DNA from: the human T2T-CHM13v2.0 reference genome, Homo sapiens
DNA: 64,000 nt
Reading direction: 5' to 3' (one strand)
NCBI RefSeq assembly: GCF_009914755.1
Contig: NC_060931.1
Position numbers and translations under genes: made by a program. The notes under the pieces are model-generated. The model was not told the DNA's origin. It saw only the letters and a program-made list of their open reading frames with translations, and ran no database searches. This document shows positions 1-17,520 of the stretch, piece after piece. The stretch's first letter is position 1, and each line of letters opens with the position of its first letter.

Positions 1-1060
1 CCAAGGCCATGGGAGCCCACCCCTTGCATCAGCATGCCCACGATGTGAGACATGAAGTCAAAGGAGATTATTTTGGAGCTTTAATAGTTAACGACTGCCC
101 TGCTGGATTTTGGACTTGCATGGGGCTATGGGGTTTTGGTCAATTTGTCCCATTTGGAATGGGAGCATTTATCTGATACCTGTACCACCACTGTATTTAG
201 AAAGTAACTAACTTCCTTTTGATTGTACAGGCTCATAGGTGGAAGGGATTGCACTTGCCTTACCTCAGATAAGACTTTGGACTGTGGACTTTTGAGTTAA
301 TGCTGAAATGAGTTAAGGCATGGGGGGCTGTTGGGAGGGAAGGCATGATTGGTTTTGAAATGTGAAAAGACATGAAATTTGAGAGAGGCCAGGGGCAGAA
401 TGATACGGCTTGCTCTGTATCCCCAACCAAATCTCATCTTGAATTGTAATACCCATTATCCCCATTTGTCAAGGGAGAGAGACCAGGTGGAGGTAACTAA
501 CTATATCATAGAACGGTTCTCCCATGCTGTTCTCATGATAGTGAGTGAGTTCACAATGAGATCTGCTGGGTTTTTTTGTTTGTTTGTTTTGAGATGGATT
601 CTTGCTCTGTCAGTAAGCGGGATCTCAGCTTACTGTAACCTCTGCCTCCTGGGTTCAAGCGATTTTCCTTCCTCAGCCTCCTGAGTAGCTGCACGCACCA
701 CCATGCCCAGCTTTTTGTATTTTTTTGTAGAGATGAGGTTTTGCCATGTTGGGAAGGCTGGTCTTGAACGTCTGACCACAAATGATCCATCCACCTCGGC
801 CTCCCAAAGTGCTAGGATTATAGGAGTGAGCCACTGTGCTCAGCTGATCTGATGGTTTTATAAGGCAGTTTTCCCTGCTCTTGCTCTCTCTCTCTCTCCT
901 GCTGCCTTGTGAAGGTGCCTGCTTCCCCTTCCACCATGACTGTAAGTTTCCTGAGGCCTCCCCAGCCATGTGGAATTGTGAGTCAATTAAGCCTCCTTTG
1001 TTTACAAATTACCCATTCTCGGGGATCATCTTTATAGTAGTGTGAAAATGGATTAATGTA
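1..1060 (+). mobile_element. MaLR (THE1/MST) internal 3' end plus 3' LTR (401-1060), with an antisense Alu at 571-845
   Basis: Polypurine tract at 381-400 followed by TGATACGG...CAAATCTCATCTTGAATTGTAA; typical THE1 3' half; Alu TSD GATCTG(C/A)TGG. Confidence 0.88.
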
Positions 1061-1124
1061 GACTCCTCTGGCATTCAAGACAACACTGTTATTGAGACTG
1101 ACTGATGTCTCTCCTCATTTTCAA

Positions 1125-3240
<2,116 letters not shown>

Positions 3241-3667
3241 CAGTTGTCTTCATTTCATGTAACAGAATGCTTTACCGTAAATGGCTATGGCAATGCCCCT
3301 CAAGTAATGAGCAGAGTATTTTTGGATGACAGAAGTTGAAATTTAAGATTACACTAATTAAAACTAAGTATTTTTGGTATAATTTACAATAACCTATATG
3401 GATTTAGAATTATTTCCTTATTCAAGGGAATGGGTCAAGCCATAAAACTTAACTGGCCACGTAGGTCATCGGTTATTCTATACTACCTTATTCCAAATCT
3501 GCCACATCTTCCCTGCTCACCCCCAACATGGTGCTAGAGAGAGATTCCATACTAAAGATTAGACAGGTGAAAAGAATAAAAAGAAAGTCAAATGATTCCA
3601 CCAACTCTTTCAATGATCATATATTCCTTGTTTGGAATTTAGTAAATGCTATTTTAAAACCCAGGAA

Positions 3668-3958
3668 GGCTGGGCATGGTTGTTACACACCTGTAATCCC
3701 AACACTTTGGGAGGCTAAGGCGGTAGGATTGCTTGAGGCTAGGTGTTTGAGTCCAGCCTGGGAAACACAGTGAGACCCCATCTCTACACGGAAATTTAGG
3801 AAAATCTAGCTGGGCGTGGTAGTGCCCACCTGTAGTCTGAGCTACTTGGGAGACTGAGCCCAGAGGTTCAAGGCTGCAGTGAGCTATGATTGCACAACCG
3901 TATTCCAGCCTGGGCAATAGAGTGAGATCCTGTCTCTACAAAAACAAAACCAAACCAA
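3668..3958 (+). mobile_element. AluJ-like
   Basis: GGCTGGGCATGG start, CTGCAGTGAGCTATGAT, A-rich tail. Confidence 0.9.
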
Positions 3959-4011
3959 GCCAGAAAAAGAGATACTTCACAGATTACAGAAGATGTAAGA
4001 TTCTGTTTGCC

Positions 4012-4300
<289 letters not shown>

Positions 4301-4418
4301 CTCTGTTTGCCTTTTTAATGTCATCTACTTCATTTTGTAAGTAGGGTATCAAGGAAATAATTATCAAGGTATAGTTTGGGAAAAGGTGAGCAAATCCTTA
4401 ACACAGCTGGCCCAAGGT

Positions 4419-4762
4419 TTTATTTGGTAGGTCTAAATCTTGACCTTATGGCTATGAAATTTCAAGTTTGTGCTTGAATACATGATTAAAAGAATGAAAA
4501 TGAAATGACCGATAGTACGTACCATTTTAGTTTTTATTAATAAAATAGAAACTTAGACTCGGACAACTGCTTTATTCTTGCATCTAATCTGACCATATAT
4601 TGGAGTAGCAATTCTTTATAAAAGGACTTCGGTGAGAACTGTCAATATATCAGTTCCATCAAAAACTCTAGGTTGGAATATCTTAAAAACAGCAAATTAA
4701 ATATGAGAAAGCACAGAAATCTCTCCCTCAAACAAGAAGGGCTTCCTTTAATAGACTTTAAT
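4419..4762 (-). terminator. RPA3: RPA3 3' UTR with several candidate poly(A) signals
   Basis: Minus-strand ATTAAA at 4757-4762 and 4747-4752; AATAAA at 4571-4576, 4533-4538 and 4419-4424. Confidence 0.7.
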
Positions 4763-4798
4763 ATAGCTCATTTACAATCGTATGAAAATCCATCAAGA

Positions 4799-4894
<96 letters not shown>

Positions 4895-5457
4895 TTAAGC
4901 AAACATTTAATCTACAATGGAAAGTTGTAACATCAATTATTATCTAAGATATTTTTACCTATTTCCTTTTTCTCACCCTTTTGGAAGTGAGTTTCTAAAA
5001 ATGGAGATATGGATTATGGATTCTTGTATTTAACTGTGGCACCAAAAAAAAGACATGGGAGTACCATCCATTTTGATGTTCATTATACAGGCAGTTTCTG
5101 CCTGGTAGTGTTTTGGGTGTTATGCATTATTCAATTCCTTCAATTCAGATATTACAACAAAAAAACTAATACTATTTTTGTTATATTTAAAAAAATTATC
5201 TTTCAACAAACATTAATTAATCTTTACTGAGTTTCTTACATATATAAGCACTACTTAAAAGCAGGCCAAAACAAAATGTACCCCCATTTGCCTTTACGAT
5301 CACAAAATTCTATAGAAATTGAAAATGTGGCAGTACTAAAACTCTAGACCAATATATATCAAACTAAAAATAAAACTGTTTTCCTGTATGTTTATGTTAT
5401 GTAATTGTATGTAATACATACAATTTTGTATGTAATACAAAATGTATGTTAAAACAT

Positions 5458-5666
5458 AGTTATATAAAACTGTATGTTATGTAATTACATACAGTTATAT
5501 AAAACTGTATGTTATGTAATTACATACAGTTATATAAAACTGTATGTTATGTAATTACATACAGTTATATAAAACTGTATGTTATGTAATTACATACAGT
5601 TATATAAAACTGTATGTTATGTAATTACATACAGTTATATAAAACTGTATGTTATGTAATTACATA
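5458..5666. repeat. 35-bp minisatellite, about 6 copies, in the last RPA3 intron
   Basis: Unit GTATGTTATGTAATTACATACAGTTATATAAAACT with exact 35-nt period; degenerate copies from about 5386. Confidence 0.97.
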
Positions 5667-5692
5667 AAACCAGTCAATACTAGAATGCTTTA

Positions 5693-5806
<114 letters not shown>

Positions 5807-6294
5807 CTAAGACACAGAACAAGACATCGATTTGGTGATATCACATTTTCAGTTGACAATTATTTTGGAAAACTGTTATACAGGTTACTAATCTATCACT
5901 TCAAGTAACAAAGTAATTTTAAGAATTACCAGTGTAAAAGTTAAAATGTAACTTGTTAACAAATGTTTGAGTACTTAACTGTCAGCATGTTAAAATTCCT
6001 GCTACCTTTAGTAGTAGCTTCAAGTCCAAAGCTACAATTCAAGTTAAAGACAAAATCACTATTGAAAACGTCCAGCATTTCTATAAGCAGTAATATCCTA
6101 TGAGAGGAATCTTCTATAATCTGTATTTCACAATGTGTTCTGTATACATTAACCAAACAGCATATGGATTTGTCTTCACAAAATACCAAAAAAAGTTTTA
6201 AGTATGTTAAACATAAAATGCAAACATAAATAAGTAAAAACTGGAAATATATGAACAAAAATAGAAAATAAAATAAAATCGAAAACTCTTGAGG

Positions 6295-6373
6295 GGCTGG
6301 TCGAGGCAGGAGGATTGCTTGAGACCGAGAGTTCAAGACCAGCCTGAGGAACATAGGGAGATGCCATCTTTAC

Positions 6374-6408
<35 letters not shown>

Positions 6409-6582
6409 GCCAGGCATGGTTAAGCATGCCTGTAGTCCCAGCTACTGGGGAGGCTGACATGGGAGCAACTTGATCTTGGGAGGCTAAGGCTGCAGTGCGC
6501 CATGATGGTGCCACTGCATTCCACCCGGGGTAACAGAGTGAGACCCTGTCTCAAAACAAAAAAACAAAAACGAAACAAAAAA
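6295..6582 (+). mobile_element. 5'-truncated AluJ-like with (AAAAC)n linker
   Basis: Alu blocks; TSD CTCTTGAGG on both sides. Confidence 0.88.
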
Positions 6583-6854
6583 CCTCTTGAGGAAGAAAAA
6601 AGCAACGTAAATTTTTCTTATGTGATTTTATGGTCTTTCATAAGGAATGAGAATTGTTATCCAACATTTATGGGATATGTTCAAAAATCATGACGCCCAA
6701 AAAATCATTGGTTAAAAATGTAAAAGGAAATATAATGAGAGAATAGTACAAGAATTAAATTTTACAGCCAGGGACGTTTTACCAGCTCATCCTTTTTAAA
6801 TCCATTGCAAAAATTAGAAACATCGGCAACAAACCAAATCAAGATGAAGAATTA

Positions 6855-6968
<114 letters not shown>

Positions 6969-8070
6969 CTAAAAACGAAACATATAATTAAAATCTCACT
7001 AAAACAACAACAAAGTTTGACTAAAGATGAGTACATTGATCCTTAGTTGAGCACAAATCAACTGTTTCTTGAACAGTTTATTCATTCAGTTTATTCAACT
7101 TATTGGATCAAATTATAATCTTATGTTATCAAATCTGTTCATGGAACACACAGTTAATTCTGAATTTCAGATAAACAAGGATTTTTTTTGTAGTGTTAAG
7201 TAGGTTCTGTATTTGCTAAATATGGCAACCCTATTCTGATAACAAATTAAAGGATGCCCACCCTAAAAGTGAAATCTGCTGGCACTCATGATTTAGACAG
7301 TACATATCCCACGGAGGGTATGTTTTAAAAAACAGGCATGATGAAGTAAAAGGAGAACTGGTTGCTAGAATATCTGGGTCCTACTCCTGGGAAGCAGCTG
7401 TAAAGAGCGCTGTCAGATTGCGTTTGAATGCCAGCTTTGCCATTTGCCGAGTTTCTGAGCATTTTAGTCAACCACCTACCACTCCTACTCAGTTTCCCTA
7501 CTTGGGAAGTCAGAGCAACACTCATTTAAGGAAGAGGATGTGTGGATGAAATGAGCTACTAAATAAGTCTTTATATAATAGTTTTCTTTTCCTCAGCTTT
7601 TCAGGTCACTGATTCCAAGACTTTGGGCCTGTTTCTCGCCTGTAGAATGAGGGAACTTCACTTTAATACTGGGGTTAAATAACTCGTTACTACGGGACCC
7701 AAAGCGGACAACCAAGGCATGTTTTACAGAGAAGCGATCACAACGAGGAAACGAGGTTTGCAAAAATAAGTAATTTCAGAAGAGAAGGAAACCAGCAGAT
7801 TAGTTTTGTCTGCGTCCGTCACGTCTGAGTAAACTAAGAAATCTGAAGGTAGATGTGGGAGTGGTGTTTATAATTTCCCTTACGTAAGCACGGCTAGAAC
7901 GGAGGCGACGGGCACTGGAATTTAGAACTCAGCATTTGAAAACACTTTGTTTCCGTGCCATAAAAGAGCGCCAAAATGGGGCTACAACGGCTAAAGAATT
8001 TCCAAAAAGTTCCTTGTGCAAAATAAAGGAGTCGGGGGCGCAGTGATCGGAGGCTTTCCGTCCTTTTTCA

Positions 8071-8998
<928 letters not shown>

Positions 8999-9966
8999 CT
9001 GTAAGAAGAGAGATTGATCCGATTACTTCTAAGACGTTTTTTAGCCCAACCTGGCCACACTGCGGAGGCGCCGGTTCTTTCACCCCGCTAACCCCTCCGT
9101 GTTGGCAGCCAATAGAAGCACTTAAGGATGGGTAACGGGGAAGAACCACTGGCCAGTACTAGTGGAGACAAGCTTAAATCGTTGTTAGACCCCGAGCTAG
9201 GGTTCCCCGAGCTAGGGTTCTCCCTTCTGAGGCGTGTTTTCCCCATCTGCAAAACGAAGGGTTAGGCGGAATGATTTGCAAGGTCCCAGTTGACTCTGAC
9301 TTTTGGCCATATGTTTGACTCAACAGTTTAAACCCCCTCAGCAGTCTTTCTGTCGTTGCCCTCCACACTGCGAGACTCTGGAGGGCGATCTGGAGGTCTG
9401 GAAGATAACCGATTCCTGGGAGATTTGGGGGTAGTCTCCAATCTGTCCCTGGCTCATCTTGTGACCCGAAGCCGGCGGCCTTGCCAGGAGTATTCTAGAA
9501 TGAGTGCACATAAAAATACCTTCAAACGGTACGGTGGAAATTGGACAGAAGTTTTAATTGGGTATTATAACGTTGTGGAAACTGAGTCTGTGAATTGGCC
9601 CAAAGCTACAGAATTGTCATCGTTCAAATTCCCTTAAGCAAAAAAGATCCGATTTGAGACTTCACGTGGCAATTTAAGATTGGAATCTCATGTACGATAA
9701 TTAAATGATAGTCTCCCTTAGTGTTTCCTTAGCACTTAATAGGTTTGTCTTAGTTTTACTCACTAACAGTACTTTAAAGGATTTCATTAAACAGATGTAG
9801 AATGTGTGTCAGTGGTGTATAAAAAAGTTGTGGTTGTATTGGTGCAAGTCAGTAAAGTCTATTTTATATTACAGCTTTAAGTCTTTTGTACTTTAGCATT
9901 GTTTTGCAAAGCAAGTTGATGTGCATTATATAGGGGAGAGTACACACATCAATGTCTTTAATAGCA

Positions 9967-10281
9967 TTTTTTTTTGAGGCAAGATCTCTGTCTGTCACCC
10001 AGACTGGAGTGCAGTAGCATGCACATAGCTCACTGCAGCCTTTAACTCGTAGGCTTAAGCGATCCTCTCACCTCAGCCTGCCAAGTAGCTGGGACTATAA
10101 GCACATACCACCACACCCAGCTAATAAAGATTTTTTTTTTGTTGTTTGTTTTTTTTTGTTCAGATGGGGCCTCGCCATGTTGACCAGGCTTATCTCAAAC
10201 TCCTGGGCTCAGGCGATCCCTCCCTCCCCCGTCTCCCTCCCAAAGTACTGGAATTACAGGTGTGAGCCTTGGTGCGTACCC
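9967..10281 (-). mobile_element. AluJ-like
   Basis: Antisense Alu; TSD-like TAATAG..ATTTTTT flanks. Confidence 0.9.
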
Positions 10282-10844
10282 TATAATAGTGATTTTTTTT
10301 TTTTAAAGAGCACTCCTGTGAGTACCAGATGTTAATGTCGTTGTTTACCTGCAGTTAGAAAGACCACTTTTAAGCAAAGGCTTTCTTTTAAAACAGGGAG
10401 ATGAGCAGGAAGATAATTTAAAACAGCTTTTTCGTGTATTTTTGAGTCACTTAAAATATTATAAAATACATGATGTACAGAAAAAAGTATAGCTAGCCGA
10501 TTTGCATAGTTTTGAGAGAAATGAAATGAATCCATGGGGCCTGTCATTCAGCTGAAGAAATGGAACTTTACCAGTTACCAGTAAATTTTACCAGTTTGCA
10601 CTTCCCCAATGAAGCCCTCCTTGCTACAGCCATAAGTAAACACTATCTTGAAATTTGTGTTAAGCTTCCTAAGCTTTTCTAGGTGGTTTTATCACACATG
10701 CAGGCGTTGCTAAATGGTATGTTGTTTAATATTGCCAGTCTTTGACCTTTATATAAACAGAAACGTATGTATCTTCTGATTTCTTTTGTTTGTTTTTGAG
10801 ATTCATCTATGTTGACGAATGTACGTAGATCATATTTTTTTTTC

Positions 10845-11822
<978 letters not shown>

Positions 11823-13713
11823 AAAATGATTTCCCCAAATGGTGGTACCAGTTTACTCTCTTACCTGGAGTATAAGACAGTTTACAGTTATTGTATATTC
11901 TTGGCAACTCTTGGAGTTTTTTCCCCCAATTTGATGGATATGAAGTGTTTTTTTGTCGTGACCCTAATTTGCACTCCCTGATTACTGAAAAGTTTGAACA
12001 TTTTTTCAGATTTTTATTGGTTATTTATGTTTATCTTTTTTTCCTTGATTTTTCTTTTTCTTACTGACTTTTAAGAGCTTTTTATTAGTGAGATATTGTA
12101 ATGGTACAAGTGTTGTCTGTTTTTGGCCTATCTTTCCGTTTCCTTCCTTCATTCCATCCTTTTTTTTTTTTTATTAGGAAGACCTCTTTTAATATAGTTA
12201 AACATTTTCCCCCTTAAGTTTAATGTAGGAGAAAAGTCCATTAAAATCTCATTTATGAATTCTTTGATACATCGTACTCTTAAAGGTATTCTACTTTTCC
12301 TAAAATGTTTAGAGTTTTGCCTTTCATATTTAATAGTCCGTCATCTAGAATTCACTCTTCATGTATGTTGTCAGATAAGTCTCCAATCTCTGTTTTGTTT
12401 TAATTTCAGTTGTCCTAATGTGATTTGACTGTATCACCTTTTTGCCACCTTCACTTGTCACCTTAAGTTTACAGATATGTGTGGAGTCAATTCTATTCTA
12501 TGGATCTATTTTTCTATCCCTGAACCACTACCTATTTTCTTTAATAGTGTAGCTTATCATAACTTTTGATGTCTGGGGCTGTGTTCTCGGGAATGTCTTG
12601 GTTATTTTTGTCTCTTTGCTCTTCTGTATAGAATGTAGCTTATGAATTTCCAGGAAAAACTGTGTTGGAATTTTGATCAAAATTGCACTGTATCCTTGGA
12701 TGTATTTCAGGAAAAGTAACACCTGAATGTCAACTCTTACTATCCTTGAGCCATTTTGGTCCTCTTAAAATCTTTCCAAAAGGTCTCATACTTTTCTACA
12801 TAAAAGTTTTGACTTTTAGCTTAGATTTATTCCTAGATACCTTGTTTTTGTTGCTATTATGAATGGTATCATTTTTTAAATTAAAGATTTTAACTGATTG
12901 TTTTGGTATATAGAAATGCCATTTTAAGAATTTTCTATCAGTTTTTTTTGGAATTTTCTATTCATATTTGAATAATTATAGTTTTGTTTCTTAAGAATTC
13001 TTACATATTTTATTTATCTTTCTTACCTTTTGCCTAGGATAGAGCCTTCAGTACCATTTTGAATAGAAATAGTGTTTAAGTCAAGATGGGGTTTAGCTGC
13101 ATAAACAAAAGTATCTTTAATGCACAAACGCTTATTCTCACATGTGAAAGAAGTCCACAGCTGTGCAACTTAGTACTTATGTGGTAGTGCACTAAGACTC
13201 AGGGCCCCAGGTTCTTTCTGTCTTTCTGTACTTCTACATTCAATATCTAGTTCCATATTTATGGTTATCTCATAGGCCAGGTAAGTGATGGAGCTTCAGC
13301 TATCAAGTAAATCCACGTTCTATGTGGCAGAGAAGTGGACCCGCATTCAGCTTCCTTTAAGGAGTATTCCCCGAAGTCCTTCCCAACTTGAATTTCTGTT
13401 TATTAGATTAAGGAATTTTCCTTCTATTCCTAGTTTGATAAGCATTTTAATTGAATTGTTATGGAATTTGATCAAATGCATTTTTTGCCTTAATTGAGAT
13501 GATTGAAATGAGTATGTATTTTTCAGTGTTTGAACCAAGCTCACATTCTTGGAAGCTTGGTTATGATATATTGTCTTTTATATATATTCCTGGATTTGAT
13601 TTGCTGTTGTTTTTGTTTAGGATTTTTTTTTTTTTAATCTATGTTCATGAGTGAGATTGGTCTGTAATTTTCCTTTTTTGTATAGTCCTTGTCAAAATTT
13701 GGCATTATGGTTA

Positions 13714-14814
13714 TAAGACAGGAGAATTCCCTGGACCCCTTTGTGGGACTTGGAACCAGGGTGTGGCTCGTTTGCTCGGCTGCCGTGTACTCAAACCCCT
13801 TACGGGAGAGGGAGCATGCAGGTGAGCAGGTGCAGGAGTTGGGGTGAGTGATTTGGGCCTCCAGCCCCATGGCAGTGTCTAGGGGCGTTACAGTGCTCTT
13901 TTAGCCCTGCCGTCTGGGAATGGCTTAAGTGTTAAATAGCTCAGTAGAGTCAGTGTGACAGCCTTTTTGGGTTCCCACACCCAGTGCATCCTGAATTCTT
14001 GTCTAGCATCGAGGAGGAATCAGGTTACATGGGCTTGAAAGATGGTGAATGTGGGCATTTTATTGAGTGATGGAGGTGGCTCTCAGTGGGATGGTGATAC
14101 GGTTTGGCTGTGCCCCACTCAAATCTCATCTTGAATTGTAGCTCCCATAATTCCCATGTGTTGTGGGAGGGACCCGATGAGAGATAACTGAATCATGGGG
14201 ACAGTTTCCCCCATACTGTTCTCGTGGTAGTGAATAAGTCTCACGAGATCTGATGGCTTTATAAGGGGAAACCCCTTTCGCTGGATTTTTTTTTTTTTTT
14301 TTTTTTTAATTCTCTCGTCTGACACCATGTAAGACGTACCTTTTGCTTTCCGCCATGATTGTGAGGTCTCCCCAGCCACGTGGAACTGTGAGTCCATTAA
14401 ACCCCTTTTTCTTTATAAATTACCCAGTCTCAGGGGTGTCTTTATCAGCAGTATGAAAATGAACTAATACAGATGGGGAGCTGGAGAGGGGATGGAGTGG
14501 GAAGATGATCTTCCCTTGGAGTTCGGCTGTCCCATGGCCAATCTCCTCTCTGACCGTCCCCAGCCAAACTCCCCTCGACACTCAGATGCTTCCTCTCTTC
14601 TCTCCTCTGCTGCACCATTCTGCTGCTCTGCCACTCTTCTGCTCATGGAGCCTGGGGTTTGGGGTTTATATGGGCACAGAATAGGGGTGACATATTGGGC
14701 CAAAAGGCAACATTTGGGTGCAAAAACAGCCTGTTCACATTTAGGGCTATGGGTCCAGGCTTAAGGGTGGAGCCCTCGCCAGGGACCCCACCCTTCTGCC
14801 GCTTGTCCGTATCA
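13714..14814 (-). mobile_element. ERV1 solo LTR (LTR27/LTR28/MER52-like), TSD GTTA
   Basis: Minus strand starts TGATACGGACAAG...CCACCCTTAAGCCTGGA; GTTA at 13710-13713 and 14815-14818. Confidence 0.78.
14095..14471 (+). mobile_element. THE1 solo LTR nested in the ERV1 LTR
   Basis: TGATACGGTTTGGCTGTG...CTAATACA; TSD GATGG. Confidence 0.92.
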
Positions 14815-15419
14815 GTTACACTAGTTTTGTGAAATTAGTGTGGAGTGTTTCTTTTATTTATTCTCCAAGATTGTACATAAAACTGAAATTATCTATTGAG
14901 TGTTTGGTAGTGTTCACCTATAAAACCTTTTAGATCACTATAGTTATCTTTGACTAGAGCTTTAGACATTTCCCACAAGTTTTTATAAGCAGGTGTACAT
15001 TAAGTTCTAGGTATTTTCTAGTTTTCAGCATATTTCTTTTTTGACCCATGCATTATTTTTGTTTCAAAATGTATAGGTTTTATTAAAGTTATTTTGATAA
15101 TTCCCAGTGAAACTGCATTATAATCTGAGGGTATGGTTTGTCTAATTCTTTGCAATTATATGAGACTAATTCTTTGAAATTATGTGAGGCTTGCTTTAAG
15201 GCTTATTAGGAACATGGACAATTTTTCATGTGTGCTTGGCAAAAAAATGTATTTTCCAGTTGTTGGATCCAGTGTGTAAATTGCACTGTTCACATAATTC
15301 TGTTTTCTTTTTGTCTGCTTAATATCTCAATTATCGATAAATATGTGACATAGCCTATAGATGGTAGCATTGTCAAATTTCTCCTTGAAGCCCTGATGAC
15401 TTTTGCTATATATATACAT

Positions 15420-15706
15420 TTCTTTAAGAGACAGGGTCTTCCTCTGTTGCTGAGGCTGGACTGCAGTGGCGTGATTGTGGTGCAATGCAGCCTTGAACTC
15501 CTGAGCTCAAGGCTCAGCTTTCTGAGTAGCTGGGACTGCAGGCACGTGCCATCACACCCAGCTAATTTAAAATAAAATCTTTCTTTTGTAGAGACGGGTT
15601 CTTTCTTTGTTGCCCAGGCTGGTCCATAACTGCTAGGCTCAAGCAAGCCTCCCTCCTTGGCCTCTCAGAGTGCTAGGATTACAGGTGTGAGTCACTGTGC
15701 CTGGCT
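15420..15706 (-). mobile_element. AluJ-like
   Basis: Antisense Alu consensus blocks. Confidence 0.88.
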
Positions 15707-16301
15707 TGGCTTTAAAGTTTTTGTTGTTGTTGTTTGCTACTATTATAGACGTGCCAGCTGTGTTTTGGTTAGAATTTATTTGTCTTATCTTTTTCCATCC
15801 TATATCTCACCTAGGGGAGACAAGACCCATGGGCTTGAATGCTCATTTTCTCATTTCTTTTGTAGCTTAGCTGACAGCTGGCCTGGGAGGTCTCAGCTGA
15901 AGGTAAAAACAGGCTGATACCAGCCAGTGGGCTCCAGTGGCCTCCTTCTTCTTAAAGAAGTCATTTCGTTCTAAATCAGGAGATTTCCATTAGGACTTAA
16001 TTGCCTAGATGTATGGGGGATGGATTCCTTTCTAAGAGAGCACTAGCGTTTGACAGATCATGAGTGATTTGCTGTTTCTCTGCTTAAGTTTTCTCCGCTT
16101 AAGTTTTCTCCAGTAAACCATAGACTTTATACTGTGTGGCCCTTCTGTTATTTGTGTTTGTGTTGGCCTGACAGCTTTAACTTTTTTTGTATTCTTATGT
16201 TCCAGGTGTGTCTGTCTTGTAAATAGTGCATATAGCTGGCGATTCATTTTTTCTCTCTTTTGTCCATTTATATTGATTGTGGCTACTGATGTATTATGAT
16301 T

Positions 16302-16960
16302 TGTCTTAGTCTATGTAGTGTTGCTATTACAGAATACCACAGACTGGGTAATTTATAAAGAAAATAAAATTGGCAGGGGAATTGGCTCACTCCTGTAATC
16401 CCAGCACTTTGGGAGGCCGAGGCAGGTAGATCCCTTGAATTCAGGAGTTCGAGACAAGCCTGGGCAACATGGTGAAAGCCCATCTCTACAAAAAATACAA
16501 AAATTAGCTGGCCATGGTGGTGTGTGTGCCTGCGGTCCTAGCTACTTGGGAGGCTGAGGTGGGAGGATGGCTTGAGTTCAGGAGGTGGAGGTTGCAGTGA
16601 GCTAAGATCGTGTCACTGTGTTCCAGCCTGGGCGACAGAGTGAGACCCTGTCTCAAAAAAGAAAGAAAGAAAAAAAAAGGCCGGGCGCGGTCGCTCACAC
16701 TTGTAATCCCAGCACTTTGGGAGGCCGAGGTGGGTGGATCACCTGAGGTCAGGAGTTGAGACCAGCCTGGCCAACATGGCAAAACCCTGTCTCTACTAAA
16801 AGTACAAAAATTAGCCAGGCATGGTGGCGGATGCCTGTAATCCCAGCTACTCAGGAGGCTGAGGCAGGAGAATCGCTTGAACCCAGGAAGTGGAGATTGC
16901 AGTAAGCCAAGATTGTGCCACTGCACTCCAGCCCGTGCGACAAGAGCGAGACTCCATCTC

Positions 16961-16994
<34 letters not shown>

Positions 16995-17326
16995 TAAAAA
17001 AGGAAAGGAAATGATGTCTTATAGTTCTAGAGGCTTGGATGTCCAAGGTCCAGGGACCCACATCTGGCAGGGGCTTGTTATGAGGAAGACAGAAAGGCAA
17101 GAGACCATGAGAGAAATGTAAGGGAAGGGGACTAACTAATGCTTTTTTTCAGGAAACTACTCCCCCAATAACTTAACCCACTCTAGCAATAATGGCATTA
17201 ATCCATTTATGAGGTCAGAGCTCTCATAACCTGGTTACCTTTTATAGGTCCCAGCTCTCAACACTGTTGCATTGGCAATTAAGTTTCTAACACATGAACT
17301 TTGGGGAACATATTCAAACCACAGCA
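16302..17326 (-). mobile_element. MST/MLT1A LTR interrupted by two tandem plus-strand Alus (16372-16678, 16679-17010)
   Basis: TGTCTTAGTC...CAGACTGGGTAATTTATAAAG and ...CATATTCAAACCACAGCA ends; second Alu sits in the tail of the first. Confidence 0.82.
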
Positions 17327-17520
17327 GGATTAATTTCCACGTCAGTTTTTTGCTTCCTATGTGTTCTGTTTTGTTGTTATTTTTTCCTTTCTTGCCTTCT
17401 TTTGCATTGATTTTTTTGTTACTTTTTTCTTCTTTAATGTTATCAGTCTGTGTTAATTTGAATGTTATACATTCTGTATTCTTGTTGGTGGGGGGGCCCA
17501 CCCTACAAATTTTAACCTGC

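Noticed and set aside
5458-5666. Regular repeat superficially like a CRISPR array (also 46207-48256)
   Set aside because: Head-to-tail units without unique spacers, in human DNA; these are minisatellites.
16504-17100. 198-aa ORF and similar Alu ORFs (1960-2433, 23640-24086, 52173-52466)
   Set aside because: Standard antisense-Alu translations ([16 protein letters not shown]); no gene structure.
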